Shown one piece after another: positions 14,416-28,033 of a stretch of DNA of 64,000 bases. Each line of letters starts with the position of its first letter. The stretch's first letter is position 1. The notes under the pieces are model-generated. The model was not told the DNA's origin and made no database searches. It was given only the letters and a program-made list of their open reading frames with translations. Where the stretch lies: contig NC_068983.1 in the NCBI RefSeq assembly GCF_001194135.2, forward strand, positions 62,160,152 through 62,224,151. Reading direction: 5' to 3'. Made by a program: the position numbers and the translations under genes. This stretch comes from Octopus bimaculoides. Lineage: Eukaryota.

Positions 14416-14460
14416 GGACCACTGATGAGGTCTTAGAAATGTGACGAAAGTACTCTGGCC
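14416..14460 (+). ncRNA. Minimal type-I hammerhead ribozyme motif, intact core
   Basis: Reads GGACCA-CTGATGA-G-GTC-TTA-GAAA-TGT-GAC-GAAAG-TA-CTC^TGGCC. Core boxes are intact. Helix II is capped by a GAAA tetraloop, helix III is the palindrome AGTACT, and helix I is CCA/TGG plus GG/CC with one bulge. Confidence 0.7.
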
Positions 14461-14554
14461 GAAATACAATTAAAATAAGCTGAAGTGAACACTAAATATA
14501 TTGTGCGTATGTTTTCATTGGATAAACTGGCAACATGACCATCCCCAAATACAA

Positions 14555-14601
<47 letters not shown>

Positions 14602-14602
<1 letters not shown>

Positions 14603-15486
14603 TAGGTCTGATGAATAAGTATCCGGACTGTTGCCATGATAACGAAGTTAAAGCACGCAGAATCAAGCCGCTTGTCACAGATTGACCTTGAACTTTGATG
14701 TGTGTGGGCACTAAGTTTTGATATTCTAGCTCACTTCTACTGCTTACAGCAGTGCTTGGAAAGAATGTGTGTAGCATGTGATCGTCGCATTGACCATGAC
14801 AAAGCTGTCATGGCAATCACTGCTCAGAGCTCTACAGAAAGTTGCAGAAAGTGTATGGAGAGGAGCATATGAGCTGCACACAAATTTACGAGTGGTTCAG
14901 ATGTTTCGAAGATGGTCGAAAAAATGTGACAAACGTTTTGAGAGAGCAGTAACCAGCAGAACTGAAAAAAAACCATCATAGTTGTGAGTGCAGCTCTGAC
15001 GGAAGTCGTCGAATCACCATCCGTGAGCTATCAGAGGATGTGCAGATTAGTTACGGTTCAGTCCAGTCCATTGTCACTGAAGATTTGGGTATGAACCGCA
15101 TGTTAGCCAAGTTTGTGCGAAAACAGCTTTCAACTGGCCAAAAAGACACTCGGGTTTCACTTGCACAAGTTCTCCTTGATATGTTGAGAACGATGAAAAC
15201 GTCTTTTAAAACTTTGCTTAGGCATTTAAGCAGGTATCGCCAAGCTTTTGGCAGAATCTGATGCAGATTCTCAGCTCAACTTTCTCTGTCATGGTCAATG
15301 TGACGATCACACGCTACACACGTTCTTCCCAAGCACTGCTGTAAACAGCGGATGTGAACCAGACCGTTAAAAATTAGTGCTCATGCGCAGCAAAGTGTAG
15401 GGTCAATTTGTGCCAATCAGCTTTACTCTGCGCGCTTTAGCCTCGTTACTATAGTAACAGTCCGGATACTTATTGATCAGGTCACG
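14602..15486. mobile_element. Mariner-derived fold-back element made of two inverted 5' ends (about 200-bp arms)
   Basis: Left end CTAGGTCTGATGAATAAGTATCCGGACTG; right end (reverse complement) CGTGACCTGATCAATAAGTATCCGGACTG; TA on both flanks. The plus strand encodes a transposase N-terminus (QIYEWFRCFEDGRK, RITIRELSEDV). The minus arm encodes MTEKVELRICIRFCQKL. Confidence 0.88.
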
Positions 15487-15526
<40 letters not shown>

Positions 15527-15927
15527 CGTGTGCGCGTGTATGTATGTATGTATGTATGTTTGTATGTATGAATCTATAATAATAAATGCCAAAACGAATT
15601 TCTGTGTGTCAATTTGTCACACTTTGACCTCGTCTCTCACTATTCTAGAGTCAGCGTAATAGTATGAGCTGTAGTTGTGAAAAGGCGGGGCCAACGGTGA
15701 TGACGATGGTGGTGGTGGTGGTGGTGGTAGCTGAGGCGGTCAAGCATGACGCTGATAGTAAAGGATGTGAAAAACAGTGGTGATGGTGAAGGGGAAGGCG
15801 GCGAAGTCAAAGGAGTTGATGATGTTGGCTTCAGAAGTCTGAATGGGGTGTGTGGCAGATGTGGTGGTGATGGTGGTGGTACTGGTGATGGTGACTGTTG
15901 AATACAATCAACAGAAAGAGAGAAAGC

Positions 15928-15997
<70 letters not shown>

Positions 15998-16459
15998 AAG
16001 AGAGAGAGAGAGGGGAAGAAAGACGTTAGAAAATAGAAAAAATTGTACTGACCCCTGAATGGGAAGACAAAATTAATGTTGTTTATCATGAATCTTTGCA
16101 ATAAGTTCCAAGTTGTCATATTATATCATTGTTTTGGGGAAAATTATTCATTACTTGAAAAATATTGGTCAAGTTTTAATAATATTTAATATGTATTCAA
16201 TGCATGAGTACATATCAAATATTCTCCTAATCAGGAGAAGTCGTGTTTTACCAATTTTGATCTACAGAATCTAGTATTATTACTGTAGAAAATTAGTGTC
16301 GTTTCTCAGCAATATTATTTCTACAAAATTCAAATTCTACATACAGAATGGTAGCATTCTGATGATTGACTTCTCTCTTTCCCTCTTTACTTCGTCGTCG
16401 TCCTTGTCGTCGTCGTCCTTGTCATCGTCGTCCTTGTCAATTATGCATAACTAATTACT

Positions 16460-17335
16460 AGTATACGCAGAAGAAATTTCGAATTTCTAAAGCCAGCCCC
16501 ATAGTCTTTCTTTACTCTTTGATACCGTTTTTTTAAGTATCCTATTACTGAGTTTGCATAAGCTGGTGCAAACATTGTTACCATTGTCATGCCTCTAAAA
16601 TGAAGATAATTTTTACCATTGAAAAAGGTGTTATTCTGAAGGATAAAGCCGACAGTTAGTAAAATGACATGTATTGTAAATAAATTGTGAACCAATTCTC
16701 AATGTTTTTCAATTCAATATTTAATTGTTGTTATTCCCAAGTCTTGTGAAATATTTATATGGAGGCTTTCTACACCAAAGCGAACCAACAACGAATACGA
16801 ATTTGTAGTTTCAGGAACATGTGACAAGAAATCAATGTCATTCTAAATGAAACTCGTATGTTGGTATATAATAGTTTGAAAGTGATGCCAACAAAATTAC
16901 ATAGGGAATAGGTAAAACATACTGGACCGGCTATGATATGTATAATTTTAAGATCCTTTGGTTTTAGTAATTTGAGGTATTCACCTTCATGTTCTTTATT
17001 ATATTTTGCATTTCCTTTCACTTATGTATTTTTAGTGGATCATAAAATCTATTGGGATTTGGTTCAAAATTGGTAATGCAGTCACATACATATTCGTGAG
17101 TTACGATGATTTGAAACCGGATTAAGCTGTTTCTTAGCGCGACGATCTATATTTGTAGGTATTTCAAAGCGATAGGTTGTATCCTTTAACTGATCGACAA
17201 CTAAATCCCGATAACATTCGGTATCCATTATGACAACTGCACCGCGTTTATGTTTGTTTGATGACCATTACATCATTATTTTGGAAGCATCTAACTGCAG
17301 ACTTACCTGATTTATTAATATTTGATCTGACACTA
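16460..17335 (-). mobile_element. Penelope-like element RT fossil
   Basis: Motifs KRGAVVIMD, PLKIHK (LPKIHK), KPKDLKIIHIIAGP and ILQNNTFFNGKNYLHFRGMTMVTMFAPAYAN (GTAMG..APTYAN); stops and frameshifts. Confidence 0.8.
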
Positions 17336-17973
17336 GTATTTTCAGGAAGTGTTAATTTGGAAAGACTATAATTTTAATGGTTTAAAAAGTTTCTTTCTTT
17401 TATTTTGGCGGGATAATTTTAAATTTAATTTTATAGTTTCTTATAACTCATTTTTATTGAGAAAAAGCTCAACCGGTCGTAATATCCGACCGAAGTTTTG
17501 GACATTAATGAAAAGCGACTTTCAGAGTAGGCACAAGTATGGATTATAAAACCAGAAATCTGATCCAGTGAATCAAATATGTGAGGACATATTTATTGGC
17601 CAGATAGGACACATTAAGTCTCTCGAGTACGAGAAAGATGACACCGCATTTTCTTGTTAAACAACCTTTGTTTAGAGTCACCGAATACTTTGTGCTGTAC
17701 ATTAGTTCACTCCATCTATCAAATTAACATTACCTGGGCAGAGAAATGTTAAATGAAGAAGCATTCTACTCAAGAATAGAACGCACCGACGGATCAAGGA
17801 AATCAAAACTGCAATGCCGCAGTCCTAAACACACGCATAAGATACACACACACACACTCTGACACACACGTGTGTGTGTGTGTGTGTATCCATGCAAGTA
17901 TGTATACTCAGGTATCCTCTGTCTCTATATATTATTTCTATATGTTCGTATGCAAGTATATATAGCTATATAT

Positions 17974-18647
17974 AAGAGGGGGTACCTAAGAGAAGCTGGA
18001 ATTTTGCAATATTATTTTATTCACTTAGTTTTACATGTTTACACTTTTATCGCCTTCAAAGTATTCTTCATTTGACGCAATGCATCTGTCCAGGTGCGCT
18101 TTCCACTGTTCAAAGCAGTGCTAGAACTCTTGCGAAGTGATGCCTTCTAACGCCTCCATCAATTTTCTCTTCACTTCTTCCACATCTGCAAATTACATTG
18201 CACCAGCTTTTGTCACCAGGAGTGACCTTCGAAAACAGTGAGGATCAGTTTTCAACTGTTCTTTCAGTTCACGGCACGCATTCAGTCGTGACTGCTTTTG
18301 ATCTGCAGTGAACAAGTGAAGCATAAATTTTGCTTCAACTCTTTTCATTCGCGATTCCTCACTCAAAATTTGTTGGCAGGAGCTCCAGGACAGAACACTC
18401 ATATCAACAAATTTGTCAATTCTTCGGTGATGGTCCTCCGAGTTCATTCCATGAATTTTTATCATGTTTTCATTCGTTCGGGAGGTCGACGGCCGCCCTG
18501 AACAAGATTGGTCTTCAAGTGACAAGTGATCATTCCTAAAGCGTGAAAATTACTCGTCAACTTGTGTTTTACTCATAACAGCGTCGTTGTTGGCTGTTTT
18601 CTGAACTACAGCGGAGAACGTTTCCGGTTATTTTTAGGTACCGCTCG
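17974..18647 (-). mobile_element. Internally deleted mariner element
   Basis: Minus-strand EDQSCSGRPSTS...KRVEAKF...ACRELKEQLKTDP is joined directly to the C-terminal FADVEEVKRK...EQWKAHLDRCIASNEEYFEGD. Degenerate TIRs (CGAGCGGTACCTAAAAATAACCGGAA) with TA flanks. Confidence 0.85.
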
Positions 18648-21246
18648 TATGTATGTATGTATGTATGTATGTATGTATGTATGTACACTCATGCATACAT
18701 GCATACATACATGATATATACATACATACTTACACATATGTATGGATATACGTATATCTATGTCTGTATCTGTATTCCTATTAGTGTGTGAGAGACCGCT
18801 ATCTGAAGATCTTTGGTAAAAGGCATAATTCAGAAGGTTATGACTATTTACTGAGATAGCATATTCAATAAAATGAATATACTCCCCTGCTGCAGACAGG
18901 GATCAAAAAGTTGAAAAGGGATGGCCAGCTTTCTATGCAAATCGTCTCATAAGATTGTAGATATTCCGTATGATAAAAGGAAAAAAGAGGAAATCAGTTA
19001 CAGAAAGAAAGAAAATATTAGTTTTTTTTTTTTTCTTAACCATATTGCTGTTGAAGTGATCATATATTTGTAGGCAGATTTGTATTGAATAATAATTCCT
19101 TTGGCGATGACAAATAACTTAATTTCCTTTAAGATATTTCTAAATTTCAAATAACTTTCTCGTTTCATGCTCTATAATTTCCTATAAATTCGAAACCTAG
19201 TACAAAAATGAAGATTTATTCCCCGTTTTATGGCATCCAATTCGATTTCCTATCGTTTTATTTACAGACCTTTATAGATGAGGGATTTAATACAGTTGCT
19301 CACGCACACACATTCACACACATGCACAGTTTCTCATATACATTTGCGTACACATACAAGAACACACACACACACGTACACACAGACACACTCACGTGCC
19401 CTATCCCGTTTTTTCTTTACCATGTATATAAGTGTTTACACACACATGCACACACATACATGTATATATGTGTCTGTGTGAATGTGCGTTTGGATGTAAT
19501 TTCTGAATGATGTTATTAAACACGGCGTGTGAGGTGTGAACGACCTCATCAATATTTAAGCATCAATGAGGAGTGTATCTCAAGTAAAATAAAATGATAA
19601 ATACAAGGATATTACCGAACTTATTATATCTTGAATCGGTCTTAGAACTGTTAAATCATAGGCTTAACCTCTGTTATCAATGTCCATTAAAGAATGTACG
19701 GTAGACACTTGGTATCAAAACGTTGTATGAGAGAAGACGTCCAAGAGAAGATATCCGGCTGTTTTTGCTACTGTTAAATTACACACCGCCTTCTAATTCA
19801 AAATGATGTGTATAGGCTGCAAATGAACTGATATTTAGTTGCTATTTCAAGCATACCAAACCACCATATGGTAGTGCTATCGTGGGTTCATCATGGTTGG
19901 AGGCTTCCGGTTCTTATTGCCTCATTATACCCCTATCTTAGTACAATGCATTATACTCCTATCTTAGCACAATGCATCATTGGAATTGTTGTTCAACTAC
20001 TACTGGCAAATTCATTTTATCTACCTGCCTTTTTTCGACAAGAAAACAAGACGACGGCAATAACGATGAGAGAGTCAAGAGATATGAGAGCATTTGAAAG
20101 CGGGACTGCAAAGTAAAAAGCTTGTTGATTAAAAGGTAATGCCGTACTGAGCTGAAACGAACTTGTGCCGCTATTTTGAGAGTTGCTATTTAGAACTATG
20201 GGAAATAGATTATTCCAGAATTTTACTTGTCTAATAAAGCAAATAATTAAATCTCACAAAAATCTTTTAAATTAACTTTTCCCTTACTTATTCAGGTATT
20301 ACAACTTCCATACTTTCCTTGCAATTGTTTGATTGCTTGTTTGGATGTTTTATTTTATTATATTTGTTATTATTATTTTTCTCTTTTTTGTTGGAATTGT
20401 TGTTAATGGCGAGTACTCATAAGTTTCACTTTATGGACATGTGAATTTGCTGCTTTCATCTTGATTGACTTTGATCTCCTTATCGATCAGTTAGTTGTAG
20501 CTGGTTACTTTCAAATTCAATTGTTTTATTTGTTTATAGCCTTATGCGTATCATTTCATCATTCCAATTTTATTCTCATAATTTCTATAACACTTTTTTT
20601 CTCTATTTTCTATTCTTTCGCGTCTTGAAGGTTTGTTTCCAATTTATACTTCCTTATTTCCTTCATATAGACAAAGGTATATTAATGCTAATTAATTTTA
20701 TGGTATGAATCTAAAGAAATTAGATTCCTATTATGTAGATTAAATTCTATTTTAAACGTCAGGTTCCAAGTCCAAGGAAAAATGAGTGAGCGTAATTTAA
20801 TCTAGAAATGGTATAAATATATGTTTATGCATCTGACAATATAAACTTTCATATGTAAACATACTGATGCATATACGCAAGTCTGTGTTTGCGCGTGTGT
20901 GCATGTGTGTGTGTATTTACAATAGTAAATACGAAGGAAAGGAAGACGAACCCAACATGTTCAGTAGGAGTTACATATTATTTAGAGCAATTTAATTCTG
21001 TCTCATGCAAGAGAAAGCCTGACACACTAGGTTTCTGCATGGGACCAAATCAAGCTGTTTTAATGATTATAATAATAATAAAATTAATAATAATAACAAC
21101 AACCGTCTCTACATCTGCTACAATACTGGGCTCGATACTAATAAATTTAATATGGCACAAATATGTCTAACGAAACACAAAGGAAAACTACAGCAGTACA
21201 GCGAATCGCTTATTCTAAGGTTAATCTGGAAGCGCGTCCCCCAAGA

Positions 21247-21283
<37 letters not shown>

Positions 21284-21399
21284 CCAGTATGGGGTCGAAA
21301 GGTCACCCATTGGCACAAACTCTTTTCTGAATACGAACCTGGATGTTCATTTGAACGGAAACTCCCCCAACGCGAGCCCTCCATGTCCACCATGACACC

Positions 21400-23490
21400 T
21401 ACCACAGAAAGAAAACTATAAGAGGATCAAATGGACCCGACAAGAGTATACAAAAGTTAATATACGCCTATTCATATGCATTAGGCAAACCAAATGAAGA
21501 GAAACACACTGCACACGCTTATCAAATATGGAGAACACGAAATCAAGACAGCAAACTATATTTGGACGAAAACAAGTTAGCAAATGTTAGGAGGGATATC
21601 CTCAGAAATAAAAAAAACTCACAGATAGTGAAATAACTGCGATCAAGCTCGCAGCGGAAAATTACCTAAATATAAGACAACAAGGAAATGAAGAACCAGA
21701 CGAAGAGAGCAACTCTTCACGAGTCTCAATTGAACGGCTGCCATTTGACCAGAACACACCAACGTCTTGAGAAATAAATTGCAATGAATTTCATAAAGAT
21801 AGCGAGGAAAGTGGTAAAGAAACAATGTTTGAAGACTACACATTTACAGAAGAACATAGCGAGTCTATGATAGAATTGAAGTAGAAAAGTTTAAATAAGC
21901 TTGTAAGGCATACCAATATGCATGATAGATAACCACTTCATAAGCATTCAAATACAATCCAAAATGGAAAACAAATTAAAATTGGAAACTCTGTAACAAA
22001 GGTGATTATACAAGAGCTGAAACCATATCTCACTGAATTAAATGAAATTGTTTATGCAGCTTCAAAGACAATTGAAATCAGTTGTATGCCCCTGAAAAAA
22101 CAAAGAAATACAAACCTGAGAATAATTTCAAACTGGAAAAGTAAAACTGAAAAAGAGATTGATATAATGAGAGGTGAAATATCAACATTGAATGAAATAA
22201 TATGTGGAAACAATGTAAAAAGCAGAAACATTGCAACAAAATGTTCCAGTAAAATCTCAAAGAATACGTTTTGAGAAGAGAAACACATTTTTCAAACAGA
22301 ATAAGCTATTCACATCCAATGCAAAAACATTCTATGTTCTTAAAACTCTATGGCAAAGATGATAATGAGCTTGATCCAGTTCGAAATCTACAAAACTATC
22401 ACAATTTGACTGGCAAAATATCTTGAAACATTTAACGACTGAATGCAAACGCTCGTAGAAAACCATGAAAGACGTAATAAGGTTCATTCTGTTATGAAGG
22501 AGGGCAAAAAAGTTTCAAGTGAGTTTATGTATAATACCCAGGTATTAGAGAAGTGCACCAATTGTAGTTGCAAAGAAGGGGAAACCAATAGCAACGCAAA
22601 ATGCGCTTGAATAATTTGCTCATATGTGGGAACAAAAGCCTCTGCATGGCACATATGTGGCCTGTAGCAAGTAAGATGATGTAGACTAGATGCACACACA
22701 TCAGTGGTTACGGAGCTCAGGGCTGAAGGTAGAGAGTGAAGGCTCTATCCTGCTCAAGATCAGAGCTTATTGACCGAAACTACCAAATCAATGTGATGAA
22801 AAATGGTGTAGACCCAAAGTGCCGATACTGCGACGATGGAATAGAAACAGTTGGCCACCTAATCTCTGGATGTAAGCTTTTAGCACCTGTAGAGTACAAA
22901 TCAAGACATGACAGAGTTGGCCAATATCCACGTTGGTAAATGTGTCGGCATTATAAAGTCAAAACTGTTGACAAATGGTACAAGCACCATTCTGAGGTTT
23001 TATTTGAGGGAGAAATGTAACTATTCTATGGGACTTCCGAGTATGCACAGATCGAACCATCAAGGCAAATAAACCAGATATAGTTATGAAAGACAAAAGC
23101 AATAAAGTCTATTTATTGATTGACATGATAATACCATGTGACTATTATATTTCGGCATAAGAATTCGATACGCTCAGAAAATATAAAGATCTGTTAATCG
23201 AAATCGAAAAGATGTGACATCTCAAGACGGTTACAATACCAATGATTGTAGGAGCACTTGGAATGATCAAAAAATGAACTGAAAATCATTTAAGAATGAT
23301 TCCTGGCCAACCATCCATGCAGGAAATGCAAAAGATTGTCTTGACTGGTACGTCAAACGTATTGAAGAGATCATTGTCGCTGTAAATTTGCTTTCGTTTC
23401 CCCCTCTTTTATTTGTTTACTTTTCTATTTTTTAATTTTTCCTTTTCCAAGAAATAGAAACAAATTTGGAAGATGCTAATGACAATAACA
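21400..23490 (+). mobile_element. R4/Dong-clade RLE LINE, copy A1 (RT largely deleted, pseudogenised)
   Basis: N-terminal KWTRQEY...NKLANVRRDILRNKKLTD; CCHC knuckle KCRYCDDGIETVGHLISGC; RLE ANKPDIV...LIDM. Stop at 23383-23385, then 3'UTR and a short AAY tail. Confidence 0.9.
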
Positions 23491-23504
23491 ACAACAATAA
23501 TAAA

Positions 23505-23934
23505 ACAGCTTAGGGTGGTATACAAAAAAATGCCGTGTGGCCACTGCTAAAACACGCGAAGAAACCAGACATAGTGTTGAGAAAGAAAGCAAATGATGCT
23601 GAATCATAGATATGGAATGCTCAGCTGACAACAAGGTATGCAATAAGAAAGAGAGAAAAGTCGATAGCTTGAGAGGTTAAGCAGTTGTAGCCGATGAAAA
23701 AGGTGGTAATAGAACCAATAATTGTCGGAGCCATGGGAACAATGAGTAAAAATCTTGAGAAGTACATGGAACAAATAGGGGCTGCAATAAGGGGGGGACA
23801 ACTTGCAGAAAACAGCACTGCTTCGGACCACTCGAATACTCCGGATGGTGCTCGAAAAATAAGGGCTGTTACCTGAGGTCTCGAGTAGTGAACAGCTGGC
23901 ACCGTAGTACAAATCCAGCGTTAGAAGCTGTGCA

Positions 23935-23969
<35 letters not shown>

Positions 23970-24014
23970 TAATAATAATAACAACAACAACAACAACAAT
24001 AATAATAATAATAA
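23505..24014 (+). mobile_element. R4/Dong-clade LINE 3' fragment (copy E) with (AAT)n tail
   Basis: KPDIV, IIDMECSADNK and PIIVGAMGTMSKNLEKY, then a 3'UTR and (AAT)n from 23935. Confidence 0.8.
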
Positions 24015-24164
24015 TTATTATTATTATTATCATTATTGTTGTTGTTGTTGCTATTATTATTATCATCATCATCATTATCATCGTTATTATTATTATTACT
24101 ATTATTATTATTATTATTATCATCATCATCATCATTATTATTATTATTATCATCATCATCATCA

Positions 24165-24237
<73 letters not shown>

Positions 24238-24399
24238 GTGTTTGTTTGTGTGCACGTATATATGTTTACAAACACAAACACATATATACGCATACATATA
24301 GATGCGCACATAAACAAAGCTATATATGAACATATACGTAGGTATAGGTTTCTAAACCGAAGTATATAAGCGTAAAATCCTAATCTCGTGGAAGAAAAC

Positions 24400-24720
24400 G
24401 GTGAATTTCTTGTGTATATTGTATCGAGTTTGCAGTCGCCTACAGATTCACTTCTCCAACATCGTATCATGATAATGAGCAGATATGAATATAATAACTA
24501 TACTGAGACCATTGACTGAACCAATGTGCATATAGGTAAAAATATATATAGTTTTCTTTTCTGGAACCTTTTTTCCCATATTCACTTAACCATTCTTTTA
24601 TATAACGAGCTATATCCCCTACGTGTATATCAGCAAGGCTAGCACATATTCCTTGTAAGCAGTTTGTAAGGTATCCAGTATTTCCTAAATCAGCGGACTA
24701 TATGCTGATTTTCGACGTCT
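24400..24720 (-). mobile_element. Possible CR1/L2-type RT fossil
   Basis: Weak motifs GDIARYIKEWLS, GSVNGLSIVIIFI and VGDCKL in RT order; very degenerate. Confidence 0.3.
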
Positions 24721-25711
24721 ATCACAAACTCATGTTCTAGTCTAAAAAGGTATATTTACGAACAATGATCGATTTAACAGATTTAACTATTATTTTCTGC
24801 GACTTACATTTTAAGGTTTGGTCCTTAGAAGAGTCTCCTGAATATACATGCCAATTAGACATTATTAGGTGTTGCATCTATAAGCATTGCAGTATGAAAT
24901 CTAATATGATCGTGTCATTTATTGACCTTCAATAACTTAATATTACATCTAGTACACTCGTATAATACTCTACGCTTTAATCTCTTCACAATACATTACC
25001 TAACTATACGTTTAAAAGATTATGAGCCATGTTCACCAATAAATCACATCTATTAACTTACTACTTGAATGCCAAATACACAATACCCTTTTCTAAAAGC
25101 TGTTAGCTATCCGCAAGGAGATATAATTTCTTAAGATTAAACTTGCTAGGTTTATTGTATACATTAGACCTTACAGCTTTATCAGAGATCTCAAGTGAAA
25201 TACCCAGAAAATTAAATCTATTTACATGCTATCCAGTCCCACTATGAAATATGCGGGAATAATTTTATATTATAAATTTTCGAAGAAAACTACAATTGCG
25301 AACGGAAATATCACCAATGATAGTTGCCTTACAAAACCTAACGTCCTCCTTTTCATACATCACTCAGAAAATTTAATTCACATGACGGTAAGTATAACCT
25401 GGCTAACAGAAGACTATAATTACTTGCCAGAAGAATTCCTCTAATTTGTCTAAATGCTTTACCCGTTTACCTGCTTAGAAAACATGCTGCATCTTATATT
25501 TGACATAAAGTCCATTCAATTATTTCTATACACTAGTCCTTTATTTTAAGTAATCCATTTTCTACTAAATTCATTTCTAAACAGCCTAGAATAACCATGC
25601 ACATTTATTGTTTTAACTACCTTAATCTTTTCTAAAATTCCGACGTTGGACATGATATTCTATAATTAACTAACCCTAGAATTTTGGTAAATGGCTTTGG
25701 TAAACTCTGCC

Positions 25712-25792
<81 letters not shown>

Positions 25793-25991
25793 ACTCTATG
25801 AATACTTTGACATCCTCAATGACTAAGCAGTAGGTTGCATTACCACAGAAATCATAATTTACTGTTACACGTAATTCCCTTATTTTACGCCATTACGTAT
25901 TTCTTCCATACAATTACAAAATTCCATGGTGCTTCATCCGTCGGAGCTGTAACATATTGTATTTTCATCTCATAACTATAGATTAGCATCA

Positions 25992-27700
25992 TAATCTACC
26001 AAAGACTAAATCTACATTGGTATAAAGATTGGTGACGTCAAAGCTTGTAAGTATAGTACCTTCTGGAACGGAAGGTGGAATGTGCAGGAAGAAATCTATG
26101 CCGTTCCGTATATGGCTGGGTATTGATGGGCTTAAAGGCTTTAGGAGTATATCCCCAAAATGACTAAGTTTGAGTGTTGGTGCTTGAGGTCTAGCAACTA
26201 TTGGGCTCAGTTTGAGGTCCATAGGTCTTACTATTTTCCTGTATTGGTACCTCTGCTCGTTTATGTTTCTGTATTTCGAGGCTTTTGTGGATTTTGGGTA
26301 ATCCGTAGAAATTGCTCTCTTTGATTACAGAGTTGCATAAATAATCTTTTCTTTGTCTGTGAAGGAATCTTGGCATTCATTAATTAGTGTTTTGATTTTA
26401 TTCACTATTGCTTTTGCCGGGTGTCTTTCTTATAGTAGGTTCTTCCTTATAGTAGATTTGGTCTGTTAGAATTTCCAATATATTATTTTTATAGTAGTCT
26501 TTGTCTATGATTACTATCACCCCTCCTTTATCGGTTTCTTTTAGGAAGATTGAATTGCAATTCTTCAGTGTTAGTAAGACTTGCTTTTCTTCTTCACGAA
26601 GGTTCTGTTTGCATTTACGTGAACTTAGAGGAAATTTCGAAATTGTGTCTATATATGCGTCCAATTGGTTGTTATTCCCCTTGTAATGGGTGAAGTGAGA
26701 TTTATTTCTGACAATCGATTCGTCATTTATATCCTCTCTACCGGGGTTCTCGTTCTCTCGTAGGTGAAGGGATGGGTTCATATACTTTGTAGGTATTTCG
26801 TTGTCAATAGGTTCTGTTTTCTCATTTTCTATGTTTATTGAGCCATTCAGGATGTATGGGATTGTTGACCGTTAATCGTAGGTTTCTTGAATTTTCATGA
26901 TGATTATTTATATTATGGTTTCTGTGGTGTCCGTATTTTACTTGTCTTTATTTCCATCTATTCATCCAACCAGGGCACTTGGTTCTCTGGCTTGGTGGTT
27001 GTGTGTATGTTACTTGTCATTCTTTTCTTTTCCGCCAATGTATTCATCCATCGAGGGTGTTTGACAGAATGGATTGATGGTTGTCTTCTATATTCCATGT
27101 GTTTGACTATTGCAGTATTATGTTTTGGTATTGCCGAATATGAGTTTCTAGTCTGCACTTGGGGTGAGCTGGAGGTCATCTCCGCATATTTTCTTGAATT
27201 ACTGGTGGTTCCATGCCTTAGTCTGCTTCCTCTGGAGTCGGTGTCTATGTTTGTTTTTGATTTCCTTGTATTCTTGTATTTTGTTGTGGTTTCGTTTTCA
27301 TAATGAAGTTTTCTCCATGGGATTTTTCATAGTTACTGAAATATTGTTGCTGCTTTTCACACATATTTATGGATTTTTCTTCTTCCTGCTTAGTGTCTTT
27401 TTTCCATAGTTGTGGTTTTTCATGAATTTGATTATCACTTCGTTCGGCAATTTCAACAAACATAACTGCATCAATTGTTTTGACTTTCTCTTCGTGTCGT
27501 ACTTTTCGCGATTGGAGAAGAGAAATTTCCGCTTCCAGTTTCGGCACGTATCGTCGTTTCTTCCAATGATTCACCTCTTATTTCTTTCATAAAAAAAATC
27601 TTCTGGGAAGGATTGGGTTTTTTCGCTTCGCCAATTTTGGTAGGTGTTGCCTAAATTCTTACATCGAATGCTTTTCCAATATTCATGTTTACGTTGATTT
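25992..27700 (-). mobile_element. Penelope-like element, 5' part of ORF through early RT
   Basis: Motifs ETDKGGVIVIIDKDYY, NFYGLPKIHKS and ILLKP...IPSHIRNGIDF...ILTSFDVTNLYTN. The rest of the RT and the GIY-YIG domain are absent. Confidence 0.87.
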
Positions 27701-27723
27701 ACAAGCTTGTCCCAGAGTTATAG

Positions 27724-27867
<144 letters not shown>

Positions 27868-27958
27868 CTTTCCCCATNNNNNNNNNNNNNNNNNNNNNNN
27901 NNNNNNNNNNNNNNNNNNNNNNNNNNNNNNNNNNNNNNNNNNNNNNNNNNNNNNNNNN

Positions 27959-28033
<75 letters not shown>

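Noticed and set aside
15572-15680. TCTATAATAATAAATGCC... resembling a Helitron/DINE-like 5' end
   Set aside because: No matching 3' hairpin or CTRR end identified.
16394-16438. Minus strand encodes DKDDDDKDDDDKDDD, resembling a FLAG or enterokinase tag
   Set aside because: A 15-bp minisatellite derived from (GAC)n. It lacks the DY codons and has no vector context, so the resemblance is coincidental.
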